A stretch of 18,592 bases of DNA from an uncultured Bacteriovoracaceae bacterium (GTDB taxonomy: Bacteria; Bdellovibrionota; Bacteriovoracia; Bacteriovoracales; Bacteriovoracaceae): contig CAZCDT010000060.1 of NCBI GenBank assembly GCA_964497525.1, positions 1 to 18,592 of the forward strand, given 5' to 3'. Positions 1 to 7,558 of the stretch are shown piece after piece (position 1 is the first letter of the stretch; each line of letters starts with the position of its first letter). A model generated the notes under the pieces. The model was not told the DNA's origin. It did no database searches and worked only from the letters and a program-made list of their open reading frames with translations. Position numbers and translations under genes: made by a program.

Positions 1-36
1 GCACGGGCACCAGCACGGGCACCAGCACGGGCATCG
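1..36. repeat. GC-rich 12-nt tandem repeat (GCACGGGCACCA ×3, third copy degenerate) inside the 3' part of the CcdA-like coding region.
   Basis: The sequence reads gcacgggcacca gcacgggcacca gcacgggcatcg. On the minus strand this encodes (PVLV)n at the C-terminal side of the partial CcdA-like ORF. On the plus strand another frame reads HGHQHGHQHGHRHH... and terminates at 88..90. Confidence 0.5.
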
Positions 37-604
37 GCATCATGGCGGTGGATGCAATCAATATAGCAAAAACAAAAACAGGTAATCCCGTTCCGATCCC
101 GTACATTGAAGAGAAAAAAACAGTGGAGGAATGTTGAGTCGCAAGTGGAATTAGACTTCCAAAAAAGAGGGCCGCAGAAACAGGGCAAAATGATAAAGCA
201 AACAGCACGCCGAGAGGAAAGGCTCCCCATATTCCCATGTTTTGAAACAACTTTTGCAACTTTGAATTACCGCCAAAAGAAGGCAAAGGGATCGATATCA
301 TCTCAAGTAGAAACATCCCGATGACAATTAGCAGTGGGCCTATTATTTTAGAAATTTGAGTTTGTAAAAAAAACGACAGACCTGGAATTTGCACAAGACT
401 TTCCATTATTAGATATGCAAGAACGACGTAAGTAACAACTCTGCCAAGTGTATAAAGCAGACCAGTAAAGAGAACAATTCTTTTCTTCTCAATTTTTTTT
501 GAAATAAATGAAATTGCAGCAATATTAGTGGCCAAAGGACAAGGAGAAATTGCAGTCAATATCCCGATCCACAGCGCTGAAGCTAAGCCGAATATTAGTT
601 CCAT
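1..604 (-). CDS. CcdA/DsbD-superfamily-like polytopic membrane protein (thiol-disulfide electron transfer). Partial: continues beyond the left edge of the window.
   Basis: The reverse-strand frame is open from the ATG at 604..602 to position 1 (≥201 codons), which is why the complete-ORF track omits it. Translation is MELIFGLASALWIGILTAISPCPLATNIAAISF...GVLFALSFCPVSAALFFG...TAMMPMPVLVPVLVPV. It has at least five hydrophobic helices and two intramembrane Cys-Pro motifs (SPCP, SFCP), as in CcdA/DsbD-type proteins. A GGAG SD sits 7 nt upstream. The stop of the upstream gene (606..608) lies 1 nt away, indicating coupling. The family assignment is from memory, not from a search. Confidence 0.5.
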   Translation of the reverse strand, partial: MELIFGLASALWIGILTAISPCPLATNIAAISFISKKIEKKRIVLFTGLLYTLGRVVTYVVLAYLIMESLVQIPGLSFFLQTQISKIIGPLLIVIGMFLLEMISIPLPSFGGNSKLQKLFQNMGIWGAFPLGVLFALSFCPVSAALFFGSLIPLATQHSSTVFFSSMYGIGTGLPVFVFAILIASTAMMPMPVLVPVLVPV

Positions 605-605
605 C

Positions 606-1145
606 CTACATCTCCAAAAAACGCTTAATTTCTGATCTGATATAATTTTTGAACATGGTTTCATTTTTTGCTAATTGCCATATTTTATTTATATTTTCAT
701 ACTTTTCTTCTTTCCCATCGTTTGTTAAAGACAAAAACAAAGATATAGATTGAAGTTGGTAATCACGGATATAGTGATTATAAGCAGGCTCATCTACATT
801 GTAATTTTGAAAAGTAAGTCGTTTCTCGCTTATTTCTTTGGAGAAAGATTCTTTAATTACATCTCTAATATAACCTTCCATTAAATTACAGGTGTAACAA
901 CGGTTAGTTCCATGAAAGTATAGGCCATTAACCACTTTTCCTTTTTGAACCGCTTGCGATTCAACTTGAGAAGTTGTCACTGGTATTGCTTTCGATTGTG
1001 CAACTACGGTTACCGCTTCCTTGTTTTGGTTTTGCGTGCTACTTTGATTACTGCTATTTGGTGATAAACTTGTTATCGCTAAATACACCACAGAAATAAT
1101 AACAAATATTCCTAATATAATTGAAACAATTTTTTTGCTATTCAT
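606..1145 (-). CDS. Membrane-anchored thioredoxin-like protein with a CxxC (CYTC) motif. Function unknown.
   Basis: The track start at 1148 is a TTG. The real start is probably the ATG at 1145..1143 (MNSKKIVSIILGIFVIISVVYLAI), preceded by an AGAGGA SD. It has an N-terminal transmembrane anchor, then a Ser/Gln-rich linker, then a hydrophobic strand followed by CxxC (LYFHGTNRCYTC) as in thioredoxin-fold proteins. Its 5' end abuts the stop of the Trx-family gene. Confidence 0.55.
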   Translation of the reverse strand: MNSKKIVSIILGIFVIISVVYLAITSLSPNSSNQSSTQNQNKEAVTVVAQSKAIPVTTSQVESQAVQKGKVVNGLYFHGTNRCYTCNLMEGYIRDVIKESFSKEISEKRLTFQNYNVDEPAYNHYIRDYQLQSISLFLSLTNDGKEEKYENINKIWQLAKNETMFKNYIRSEIKRFLEM

Positions 1146-1157
1146 CAAATTCCTCTT

Positions 1158-1394
1158 TTATTTACCTTCAAGCAATGCTTTGATTGCCGCAACATCTAAA
1201 ACTTTGCCTACGACTTTTACTTCATCATCAATCGCTAAAGCGGGGGTCATCATAACTCCCATATCTGTAATTTTATCGATATCTTCAACTTTTTCTAAAT
1301 CACATTTGACGCCACTTTCTTTGATTGCCGCGGCAGCGTTATCAAATAGCTTTTTACATTTTGGACAACCTGTACCTAAAATTTGAATCTTCAT
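1158..1394 (-). CDS. Small thioredoxin-family protein, redox-active-disulfide-protein-2-like (CPKC active site).
   Basis: The product MKIQILGTGCPKCKKLF...ALLEGK is about 78 aa. The ATG at 1394 is preceded by a GGAGGAG SD; the track start at 1406 is a TTG inside that SD. A GxGCPKC motif near the N-terminus and the ~78-aa size match this family. Confidence 0.8.
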   Translation of the reverse strand: MKIQILGTGCPKCKKLFDNAAAAIKESGVKCDLEKVEDIDKITDMGVMMTPALAIDDEVKVVGKVLDVAAIKALLEGK

Positions 1395-1419
1395 AAACTC
1401 CTCCAATTACTTTTTAATA

Positions 1420-2733
1420 TTATATTTCTGCTATAGAAAAAAAGTGTCCGTAAATCATGCCAGAGATTGTGGCCATAATTATTACAAGTGTTACAAACAC
1501 CACTGTTTTCTTGGTTCCCATTACAGTTCGAATAACTAACATGTTTGGTAAACTTAAGGCCGGACCAGCAAGCAAAAGTGCAAGAGCTGGCCCTTGCCCC
1601 ATTCCGTTTGCAATAAGTCCTTGCAATATTGGCACTTCCGTAAGAGTTGCAAAATACATAAAAGCACCAGCAAAAGAGGAAAAGAAATTTGCACCAAAGG
1701 AATTACCACCAACAAGATTTACAATCCATTCTTTTGGAATAATGCCCTCCGTCTCTGGCCGACCGAGCAAAAATCCTGCAATGACAACACCGAAAAGAAG
1801 AAGAGGTAAGATTTGTTTAGAAAATGTCCAAGAAGATGAAAACCACTCTTTGGTTTCATCTGTTCCTGTATTTGCAATTATTGATAATAAAATAAAACCG
1901 ACAGTAAAAGGCACAATAGGATTTTCAGGAGATAGAAAATGTACTATTCCCACTGTAATTGTCGCTCCAATAATTTTCCAAAGCCTTAGTCCAAACCACT
2001 GCCAGAGAATTATATTGAAAGCGAAATAAAAAGCTGAGGTGATAATCCATTTACTCGAATATAGTGAAAACCATAGGCCGTGAGTTTCAAGTGGCCTTCC
2101 CCAATTTGCAAAAACTAAAATTCCGACCATGGAAAGAAAATATAAAATATTTTGATATAAAGGCCGAGTGACCTCTGGTTCTGGCAGCATCATCTGCTTG
2201 TTTGATTTTGCAATTTCTTCTTTTCTGAAGATAAAATGCATCAATAGACCAATGACGATACTAAAAACGATAGCACCAACGGCCCGCGCGACACCAAGAT
2301 GAAACCCTAATATTTTCGCAGTTAAAACTATTGCCAAAATATTAATTGCTGGGCCTGAATATAAAAATGTAGTAGCAGGACCAAGGCCTGCACCCATTCT
2401 ATAAATTCCAGAAAAAAGAGGAAGAATGGTACAAGAGCAAACCGCCAAAATTGTTCCAGAAAAAGCGGCAACAGTATATGCCAAAGCTTTATTTGCCTTA
2501 GCACCTAAGTATTTCATCACAGATGCTTGACTAACAAAGACTGAAATTGCTCCCGCAATAAAAAATGCCGGTATTAAACAAAGTAAAACATGCTCTTGAG
2601 CGTACCATTTTATGAGGTGAAGTGACTCCATTATCGCGTTATCAAATTTGGCATTTCCGATCGGCAAAAAATACAATCCAATAAAGATGATAATCATCCA
2701 AAATAGTTTCTTCCATTCCGCTTTAAAATCCAT
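1420..2733 (-). CDS. arsP: ArsP-type permease (PF03773/DUF318 family; organoarsenical efflux permease-like).
   Basis: The 437-aa polytopic membrane protein carries the family-typical C-S-C motif in a TM helix (AVCSCTILPLFSG; compare TPFCSCS in ArsP). It lies 10 nt downstream of arsR in the same orientation. Confidence 0.75.
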   Translation of the reverse strand: MDFKAEWKKLFWMIIIFIGLYFLPIGNAKFDNAIMESLHLIKWYAQEHVLLCLIPAFFIAGAISVFVSQASVMKYLGAKANKALAYTVAAFSGTILAVCSCTILPLFSGIYRMGAGLGPATTFLYSGPAINILAIVLTAKILGFHLGVARAVGAIVFSIVIGLLMHFIFRKEEIAKSNKQMMLPEPEVTRPLYQNILYFLSMVGILVFANWGRPLETHGLWFSLYSSKWIITSAFYFAFNIILWQWFGLRLWKIIGATITVGIVHFLSPENPIVPFTVGFILLSIIANTGTDETKEWFSSSWTFSKQILPLLLFGVVIAGFLLGRPETEGIIPKEWIVNLVGGNSFGANFFSSFAGAFMYFATLTEVPILQGLIANGMGQGPALALLLAGPALSLPNMLVIRTVMGTKKTVVFVTLVIIMATISGMIYGHFFSIAEI

Positions 2734-2743
2734 ATTTCAACCC

Positions 2744-3034
2744 TTATTCTTTGGTATTTATGACTGCCTCAATACAGTCGATATATTTTAATACACACGG
2801 AGTACGCAAACTATAAAACACTTTAAGCCCCCGCTTATCATCTTCGATTATGCCTGCATTTTTTAAAACAATTAGATGGCGTGAAAGTGTCGACTGATCC
2901 ATTTCAAATAATTCATTTAATTCACAAACACACAACTCTTTTTTCTTTGCCAAGGCCTCAATAATTACAAGACGAGCAGGATGCCCCATTGCTTTGATAA
3001 TTTCGGCCCGTTTTTTATATTTTTTTAAATTCAT
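2744..3034 (-). CDS. arsR: ArsR/SmtB-family metalloregulator carrying the As(III)-binding ELCVCEL motif.
   Basis: The track start at 3067 is GTG. The likely start is the ATG at 3034..3032 (MNLKKYKKRAEII..., 96 aa), preceded by a GGAG SD 8 nt upstream. A helix-turn-helix is present (HPARLVIIEALAKKKELCVCELNELF...QSTLSRHL). The Cys-Val-Cys sits at the position of E. coli ArsR ELCVCDL. Confidence 0.85.
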   Translation of the reverse strand: MNLKKYKKRAEIIKAMGHPARLVIIEALAKKKELCVCELNELFEMDQSTLSRHLIVLKNAGIIEDDKRGLKVFYSLRTPCVLKYIDCIEAVINTKE

Positions 3035-3134
3035 TTTTAAACTCCATGCATATTTTGTAATATACACATATTGCTAATTTAAAGCAAGAAGGAATTTTTA
3101 CACCTTTAATCACTACTAAAATAAACAGTGAATG

Positions 3135-4322
3135 CTATTTGACTGGAGAAAGAAGTGCTGCCGCAGAATAATCTCCCGCATGAGAAAATCCTGCCAAAAG
3201 AATATCACCTAAAGAATCAATTTTCTTCGACGAAAGCGCTAACTCTAAATTAATAGGAATCCCTGCTTGAAATAAATTACCTAAACTCTCAAAAGATTCG
3301 ATATGCCGTTCTTTTGGGATTTGTATAGCTTCACGCCAATTTCGCAAAAATGTATGATTTGGTTGATTGGTAATCAATGCAGCTAAATCACGGCCCTTTA
3401 TTTTACTACGCTCAAGAATCTCATTCATTACTTTTGGCACCAAGCGAAAACCGCGCATAACAATCATAAAAACAGCACTACAACGATCAAAAGAGGATCG
3501 CAGTTTTGTGCTAGACTCCCCCATTACTCCACTAATTCCTAAAAATGATTGCTCTGTTTCGGGAAAGGAGCTTTTTCCTTCTGGGCCTAAAAGCACCAAC
3601 GCATTTAGATTTTTTGCCAAGGAATAAATCTCATCATAAATACCAGCTCTAGTCGCTTCAGCGCCGATCCAAAAAATAATCTGATTTTTATGTTTTAGTA
3701 AATCATCGATAAATAATTTATCAACATTGCAATTAGCAGTAGAAGAGTACGGCCGGATCTTATTATCTTTTTCATTTAAAATTAAAACATCTGATATTTG
3801 AATATTTTTAGGCAAAACAATAACTGCTGGGCGACTGTTCTCTAGGGCCCTCTTGTATGCCATTAGTACAATTTACTGAGTTCTCTTAGTATCTACAAGC
3901 TTTTCTGCATAACAAGTAATAGCTTTAAATATCGTCATAATAGAAAAGCTATCACCAAGTCCACTACTATCTTGGAAAGCACCATTACCTTCAAGAGAAA
4001 GAGATGGTGCTCCAACAAAAACTAGCATCGGAATTCGGGAATTATAGGCCTCGCCAAGTCCTGCTAGAATATTTAGGGCCGCACCACCTGACGTTGCTAA
4101 GACCACGGCCATCTTACCTGATATTTTGAAAAAACCATCTGCCATTGTCACTGCACCAAATTCATGTTTTGCTAAAACGATTCTTATATCAGGAAAAATT
4201 GTTCGTCTTTTTCTTTCCAAAGAATCAAAAAGATCCTCAATGTTTGCACCACTTATTCCAAAAAAATGAGTCATCTGTAAATCAGAGACCAATATTTTAG
4301 AAATTGCATCAACTACTTTCAA
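3135..4322 (-). pseudogene. Thiamine-pyrophosphate enzyme of the acetolactate synthase/pyruvate oxidase family. It is interrupted by an in-frame TAA and truncated before the C-terminal TPP-binding domain.
   Basis: ORF 4322..3873 is a TPP_enzyme_N (PYR) domain (FGISGANIEDLF...HEFGAVTMADGFFKISGKMAVVLATSGGAALNILAGLGEAYNSRIPMLVFVGAPS). ORF 3863..3135 is the central domain (IIFWIGAEATRAGIYDEIYSLAKNLNALVLLGPEGKSSFPETEQSFLGISGVMG). Both lie in the same frame (both starts ≡2 mod 3), separated only by TAA at 3875..3873 plus three codons. No GDG...N TPP-binding motif follows before arsR. A GGAG SD and a TTG start are retained at 4322. Confidence 0.6.
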
Positions 4323-4417
4323 AAAAACTCCTACGAATAAATCTTTTAATTATCAAAAAATTGCCATCATAGCTGAAATTTGAAAGAAAAGGGAGTAATA
4401 ATATGTTTTTGTAATTC

Positions 4418-6085
4418 TTACCCAAAAAAGATAATGAGTAGCTGCACCCCTATTACTCGCATCATCATGGTTAAAGGGTATACAGTTGCATAAGCTATTG
4501 CAGGTGTATCTGATTTTGCAATCTGATTTGCAAATGCTAGGGCCGGTGGATCTGTCATGCTTCCAGAAAGAAGCCCACAAACAGTCATAAAGTTTTTTTG
4601 AAGTATAGCTCTTGCAATAATCCCAACAAGAATTACAGGTATTACAGTGATTAAGGCCGCAAGAAGCATCCAATAAAAACCATCTCCTTGAAAAAGTGTT
4701 GTAAAAAACATTCCTCCTGCTCGAATACCAACACAGGCCAAAAAAATTGAGATTCCTATTTCTCTTAGCACATAATTAGCACTTGTTGGCATGTGCCAAA
4801 TAAGAGGGCCTATTTTTCCAAGCCAACTAAACAGTATGGCAACAAGCAATGGTCCACCAGCAAGACCAATTTTAAAGGCATAAGGTAATCCTGAAAATTT
4901 TATTGGAATACTACCAAGAATAACTCCTAGCGCTATGCCTACAAATACAGGAATAATTTGTGGATGATTAAAACTTTTTATAGAGTTTCCTAAATAATCA
5001 GCAACATTTTTAAGTGCTTCTTTTTCTCCAACAACAGTAACAAGATCGCCAAAGTTTAATTTATGATTGCTTGCGCCAGCAAATTCGACTTCTCCTCTTC
5101 TAACTCTTGTAATAACAGCTCGAAATTTTTCATACAAGTTTAAATCCAAAAGACCTTTACCAATTATTTCATTTTTTGTTACTAAAATGCGTTTTTTCCC
5201 CAATGGACTAGTTAGCGCAGAAATATCGACATCAACCTTAATTCCTATGATTTTTTCAAGTTCAAGCAAGTGTGCACGACTACCAACAAGATGAATAACA
5301 TCATTAATCTTTAAATGAGTATTGTTGAGCGCTACAAAAACTTCTCCATCACGCATTACTCTTGAAATAACAGTTTCTTGATCTTTTAAGCAGTCAAGTT
5401 TTTCGACAGGCAAATCACAAATGGCAGCATTAGTAACCTTTATATTAATGTTTTCTAAGTTTGGTGTTTCTTTCTTTGATAGATCTATAAATTGGGCCTC
5501 TTCGGCATCAATATTAATCTTAAAAATATTTTTTAAAAATAACATAGACAAAATAACCCCAAGAATACCAAACGGATATGCGATCGCATAACCTAACGCT
5601 GGAGTTTTTACAATTTCACTAGCATTACCATGAATACTTATTAAAGCTTGTTGTGCGGCACCCAAAGATGGAGTATTGGTTGTTGCTCCAGAAAAAAGGC
5701 CAACAGCAACATTGATGTCGACACCACCAAATTTAGAAATTAAAAAAGTAATAATAAGGCCTAATATAACAATTAATGCAGCTAAAATATTTAACTTTAA
5801 GCCTTCTCTTCGAAACGAAGAAAAAAATCCAGGGCCAACTTGCATCCCAACTGTATATACAAAAAGAATCAGACCAAAATCTCGTAAAAATTCTAAAGTG
5901 TGTGGATCAATTGTAAATCCAAAGTGACCGATAGCAATGCCAACAAATAAGACGCCGGTAATTCCTATGGAAATACCACCAATTTTAATATTTCCAAGGA
6001 ATAAACCGGCCGCAATAACAATACTTAGAATAATCATTGTTTGGGAAACGGAAAAAACGGTAAATAGATCTAAAAACCACTGCAT
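4418..6085 (-). CDS. YidE/YbjL-family putative transporter (AAE/aspartate:alanine-exchanger-type duplication with two central TrkA_C/RCK_C domains).
   Basis: The product is 555 aa from the ATG at 6085 (MQWFLDLFTVFSVSQTMIILSIVIAAG...), with an AGGAG SD 5 nt upstream. The track N-terminus at 6136 runs through the leader repeats. The architecture is N-terminal TM block, two soluble RCK_C-like segments (ISRVMRDGEVFVA..., ITRVRRGEVEFAG...) and a C-terminal TM block, as in YidE/YbjL. Confidence 0.8.
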   Translation of the reverse strand: MQWFLDLFTVFSVSQTMIILSIVIAAGLFLGNIKIGGISIGITGVLFVGIAIGHFGFTIDPHTLEFLRDFGLILFVYTVGMQVGPGFFSSFRREGLKLNILAALIVILGLIITFLISKFGGVDINVAVGLFSGATTNTPSLGAAQQALISIHGNASEIVKTPALGYAIAYPFGILGVILSMLFLKNIFKINIDAEEAQFIDLSKKETPNLENINIKVTNAAICDLPVEKLDCLKDQETVISRVMRDGEVFVALNNTHLKINDVIHLVGSRAHLLELEKIIGIKVDVDISALTSPLGKKRILVTKNEIIGKGLLDLNLYEKFRAVITRVRRGEVEFAGASNHKLNFGDLVTVVGEKEALKNVADYLGNSIKSFNHPQIIPVFVGIALGVILGSIPIKFSGLPYAFKIGLAGGPLLVAILFSWLGKIGPLIWHMPTSANYVLREIGISIFLACVGIRAGGMFFTTLFQGDGFYWMLLAALITVIPVILVGIIARAILQKNFMTVCGLLSGSMTDPPALAFANQIAKSDTPAIAYATVYPLTMMMRVIGVQLLIIFFG

Positions 6086-6096
6086 GTAAGCTCCTG

Positions 6097-6112
6097 TTGA
6101 GTAATTACTCAA
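6097..6112. promoter_or_regulatory. Perfect 16-bp palindrome TTGAGTAATTACTCAA immediately upstream of the transporter SD. Candidate operator.
   Basis: Positions 6097..6112 read TTGAGTAATTACTCAA, which equals its own reverse complement. It lies 1 nt from the SD (ctcct 6091..6095) of the 4418..6085 gene. Confidence 0.4.
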
Positions 6113-6253
6113 AAACTTAGGGAAAAAATTACTCAAAAGTTTGGGGCAGATACTAGGAAAACGATGGTGCCCGAGTGAGCTGTACTAATGTACAGCGCAG
6201 CGATGGGCAGCCTGAAGTTTGACAACGTAGATGCCCTAAAGTTTTGAGTAATT
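6103..6253. repeat. Three copies of a 20-nt unit AATTACTCAAAA(A/G)(C/T)TT(A/G)GGG: two direct (6103..6122, 6127..6146) and one inverted (6234..6253). They bracket an ~87-bp core of roughly 50% GC.
   Basis: Read directly. Copy 1 is AATTACTCAAAAACTTAGGG. Copy 2 is AATTACTCAAAAGTTTGGGG. Copy 3 is CCCTAAAGTTTTGAGTAATT, the reverse complement of AATTACTCAAAACTTTAGGG. The core contains a perfect hairpin GCTGTAC-TAAT-GTACAGC at 6179..6196. Confidence 0.5.
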
Positions 6254-6304
6254 ACCCTATTGACTTCCGACTTGTCGCCGAGCTTATTTATACAACAATC
6301 AATA

Positions 6305-6751
6305 CTATTTGCCTACAGGGGCCAAAGCTTTTACAACACAAGTTGTGCTGTTTAATTTTAATTCAAATTCAGAATATAGATCTTCCATAACTTGTTTAAA
6401 TGCAATTCCATCACTTGTTGCGACATTGCCATTTGATTCAATAGAGATTTTAAAAGTTGTTGCCGTAACTCCCTCATTAAAAATAATTTGATCAACAGCA
6501 TCTGCAATAACTTCTCCAATTCCATTAAAAATATCTGTTACAATATTTCCTGATGATGCTTTTTTCCTATCAAATGCAACCCGACAAACTTCTCCATCAA
6601 GACTTAAGTTAACATCCTGTAAATCAGCACTACTTAGAGATGTCAACCGAACATCACCTCTAGAATTTTTCATTTGAACTTCTAAATCAACCATTTGCGC
6701 GCTAGCGGCAAGAGATAAGGTACTAAGAGCAATTGCAACACCTAATTTCAT
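6305..6751 (-). CDS. Small secreted protein of unknown function (signal peptide).
   Basis: The ATG at 6751 is preceded by an AAAGGAG SD 5 nt upstream. The track start at 6778 is TTG. The N-terminus MKLGVAIALSTLSLAASAQ is a typical Sec signal with an AxA site. I recognised no family. Confidence 0.6.
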   Translation of the reverse strand: MKLGVAIALSTLSLAASAQMVDLEVQMKNSRGDVRLTSLSSADLQDVNLSLDGEVCRVAFDRKKASSGNIVTDIFNGIGEVIADAVDQIIFNEGVTATTFKISIESNGNVATSDGIAFKQVMEDLYSEFELKLNSTTCVVKALAPVGK

Positions 6752-6991
6752 AAAAACTCCTTTAAAATCTATTAACAATGAAACAAATTACTGCACACGT
6801 CCAAATAAAAACACTTATCCATGAATAATATGCTTTAATATATTTTTTGCAATCTGGTCTGTTCTTTTTATATGGCCTGTCTAAAAACAAGACACTTTTT
6901 GAAACAATTTCACATCTTGCAAGTAATTAAGCACTTATTTAAAAGCTAAGATACTATCTCTTTACGGCATCAGTTTTTTAAGAGAGGACAA

Positions 6992-7558
6992 ATGGCACTA
7001 ACCTTTGACCACATTCATTCTGGATATGACACTTTCATGAAAGTCGTTGGTTTATACCGCATAGATCAACTCAAAGAGTTATTGCAATTAAAAGGCAATG
7101 AATCTCTTTTGGATGTTGGTGGTGGTACAGGACATATCGTGTCTTTTTTAATTAACAATCTAAAAGATGCGACAATCATCGATGAAAGCCAACAGATGCT
7201 TTCCCATTTATCTAATAATGACAAAATTACGAGCATAGTTGGAGATGCAACACAACTTCCCTTTAAAGATCAAAGCTTTAATCGAATTATAATGTGCGAT
7301 GTTTTACATCATCTAAAAGATCAAACAAAAGTGCTCGCTGAAATAAAAAGGGTTTTAACAGATGACGGCATGTTTGTAATGTATGACTTTGATAAAGACG
7401 CTATGCTTGTAAAAATTCTCGTTTGTTTAGAAAAGATTTTTTTTAAAAATGTTTTATTTCACAACGCTGCATCATGCGAGAATTTATTAATTACAGCAGG
7501 ATTCAAAATTAAAAACTTTATAAAAGGGAATATATATTATGTCGTTTGTACAAAATAA
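6992..7558 (+). CDS. Class I SAM-dependent methyltransferase (small, ~188 aa).
   Basis: Motif I is LLDVGGGTGHIVSFL, followed by an acidic post-I residue (IIDES), motif II (GDATQLPFKDQSFNRIIMCDVLHH) and motif III (LTDDGMFVMYDF). A GAGG SD lies 5 nt before the ATG. The size and motif layout resemble PmtA/UbiE-like small methyltransferases (inference). Confidence 0.8.
   Translation: MALTFDHIHSGYDTFMKVVGLYRIDQLKELLQLKGNESLLDVGGGTGHIVSFLINNLKDATIIDESQQMLSHLSNNDKITSIVGDATQLPFKDQSFNRIIMCDVLHHLKDQTKVLAEIKRVLTDDGMFVMYDFDKDAMLVKILVCLEKIFFKNVLFHNAASCENLLITAGFKIKNFIKGNIYYVVCTK

Noticed and set aside
106-324. 72-aa plus-strand ORF (MKRKKQWRNVESQ…).
   Set aside because: It lies entirely antisense to the long, domain-bearing CcdA-like ORF on the minus strand. 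It has no SD and a basic, low-complexity composition, so I treat it as a shadow ORF.
1135-2029. Plus-strand ORFs 1135..1386, 1457..2029 and 1594..1809.
   Set aside because: They are antisense shadows of the thioredoxin-family and ArsP genes. They lack an RBS and have no recognisable motifs.
3135-4322. Two-subunit TPP decarboxylase (ComD/ComE-like split enzyme) instead of a pseudogene.
   Set aside because: The second ORF is the central domain, not the TPP-binding PP domain. No GDG…N motif is present, so a functional split holoenzyme is unlikely.
4353-4673. 106-aa minus-strand ORF overlapping the 3' end of the transporter gene in another frame.
   Set aside because: It is an out-of-frame overlap with a well-supported 555-aa transporter ORF. 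Its Cys-rich odd composition is typical of an off-frame translation.
6179-6196. Possible tRNA or tRNA-like anticodon arm in the GC-rich core (GCTGTACTAATGTACAGC).
   Set aside because: The loop is 4 nt (or 8 nt with a 5-bp stem), not 7 nt. I found no D-arm or T-arm (GTTCRANYC) nearby, and no acceptor-stem complementarity.
6261-6290. Plus-strand promoter-like TTGACT-N18-TTATTT.
   Set aside because: It would drive transcription antisense into the 6305..6751 gene, with no plus-strand gene downstream. It is probably a chance match in AT-rich DNA.
6137-6300. Mn2+ (yybP-ykoY) riboswitch.
   Set aside because: Only a loose UUGUCA / GGGCAUCUAC resemblance to the conserved GGGGAGUA…UUGUCA elements. 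A YidE-type transporter is not a typical target. I am not confident without a covariance-model search.
5067-6491. Plus-strand ORFs 5067..5294, 5676..5927 and 6309..6491.
   Set aside because: They are antisense to the transporter and to the secreted-protein gene. They have no RBS and I treat them as shadows.
6779-6991. Small ATG ORFs (16 aa MKQITAHVQIKTLIHE at ~6808; 25 aa MACLKTRHFLKQFHILQVIKHLFKS at ~6872) as candidate RiPP precursors for the radical-SAM enzyme.
   Set aside because: Neither has an SD, and there is no Cys/Ser/Thr-rich core or leader-like features. The region is more plausibly the divergent promoter region.
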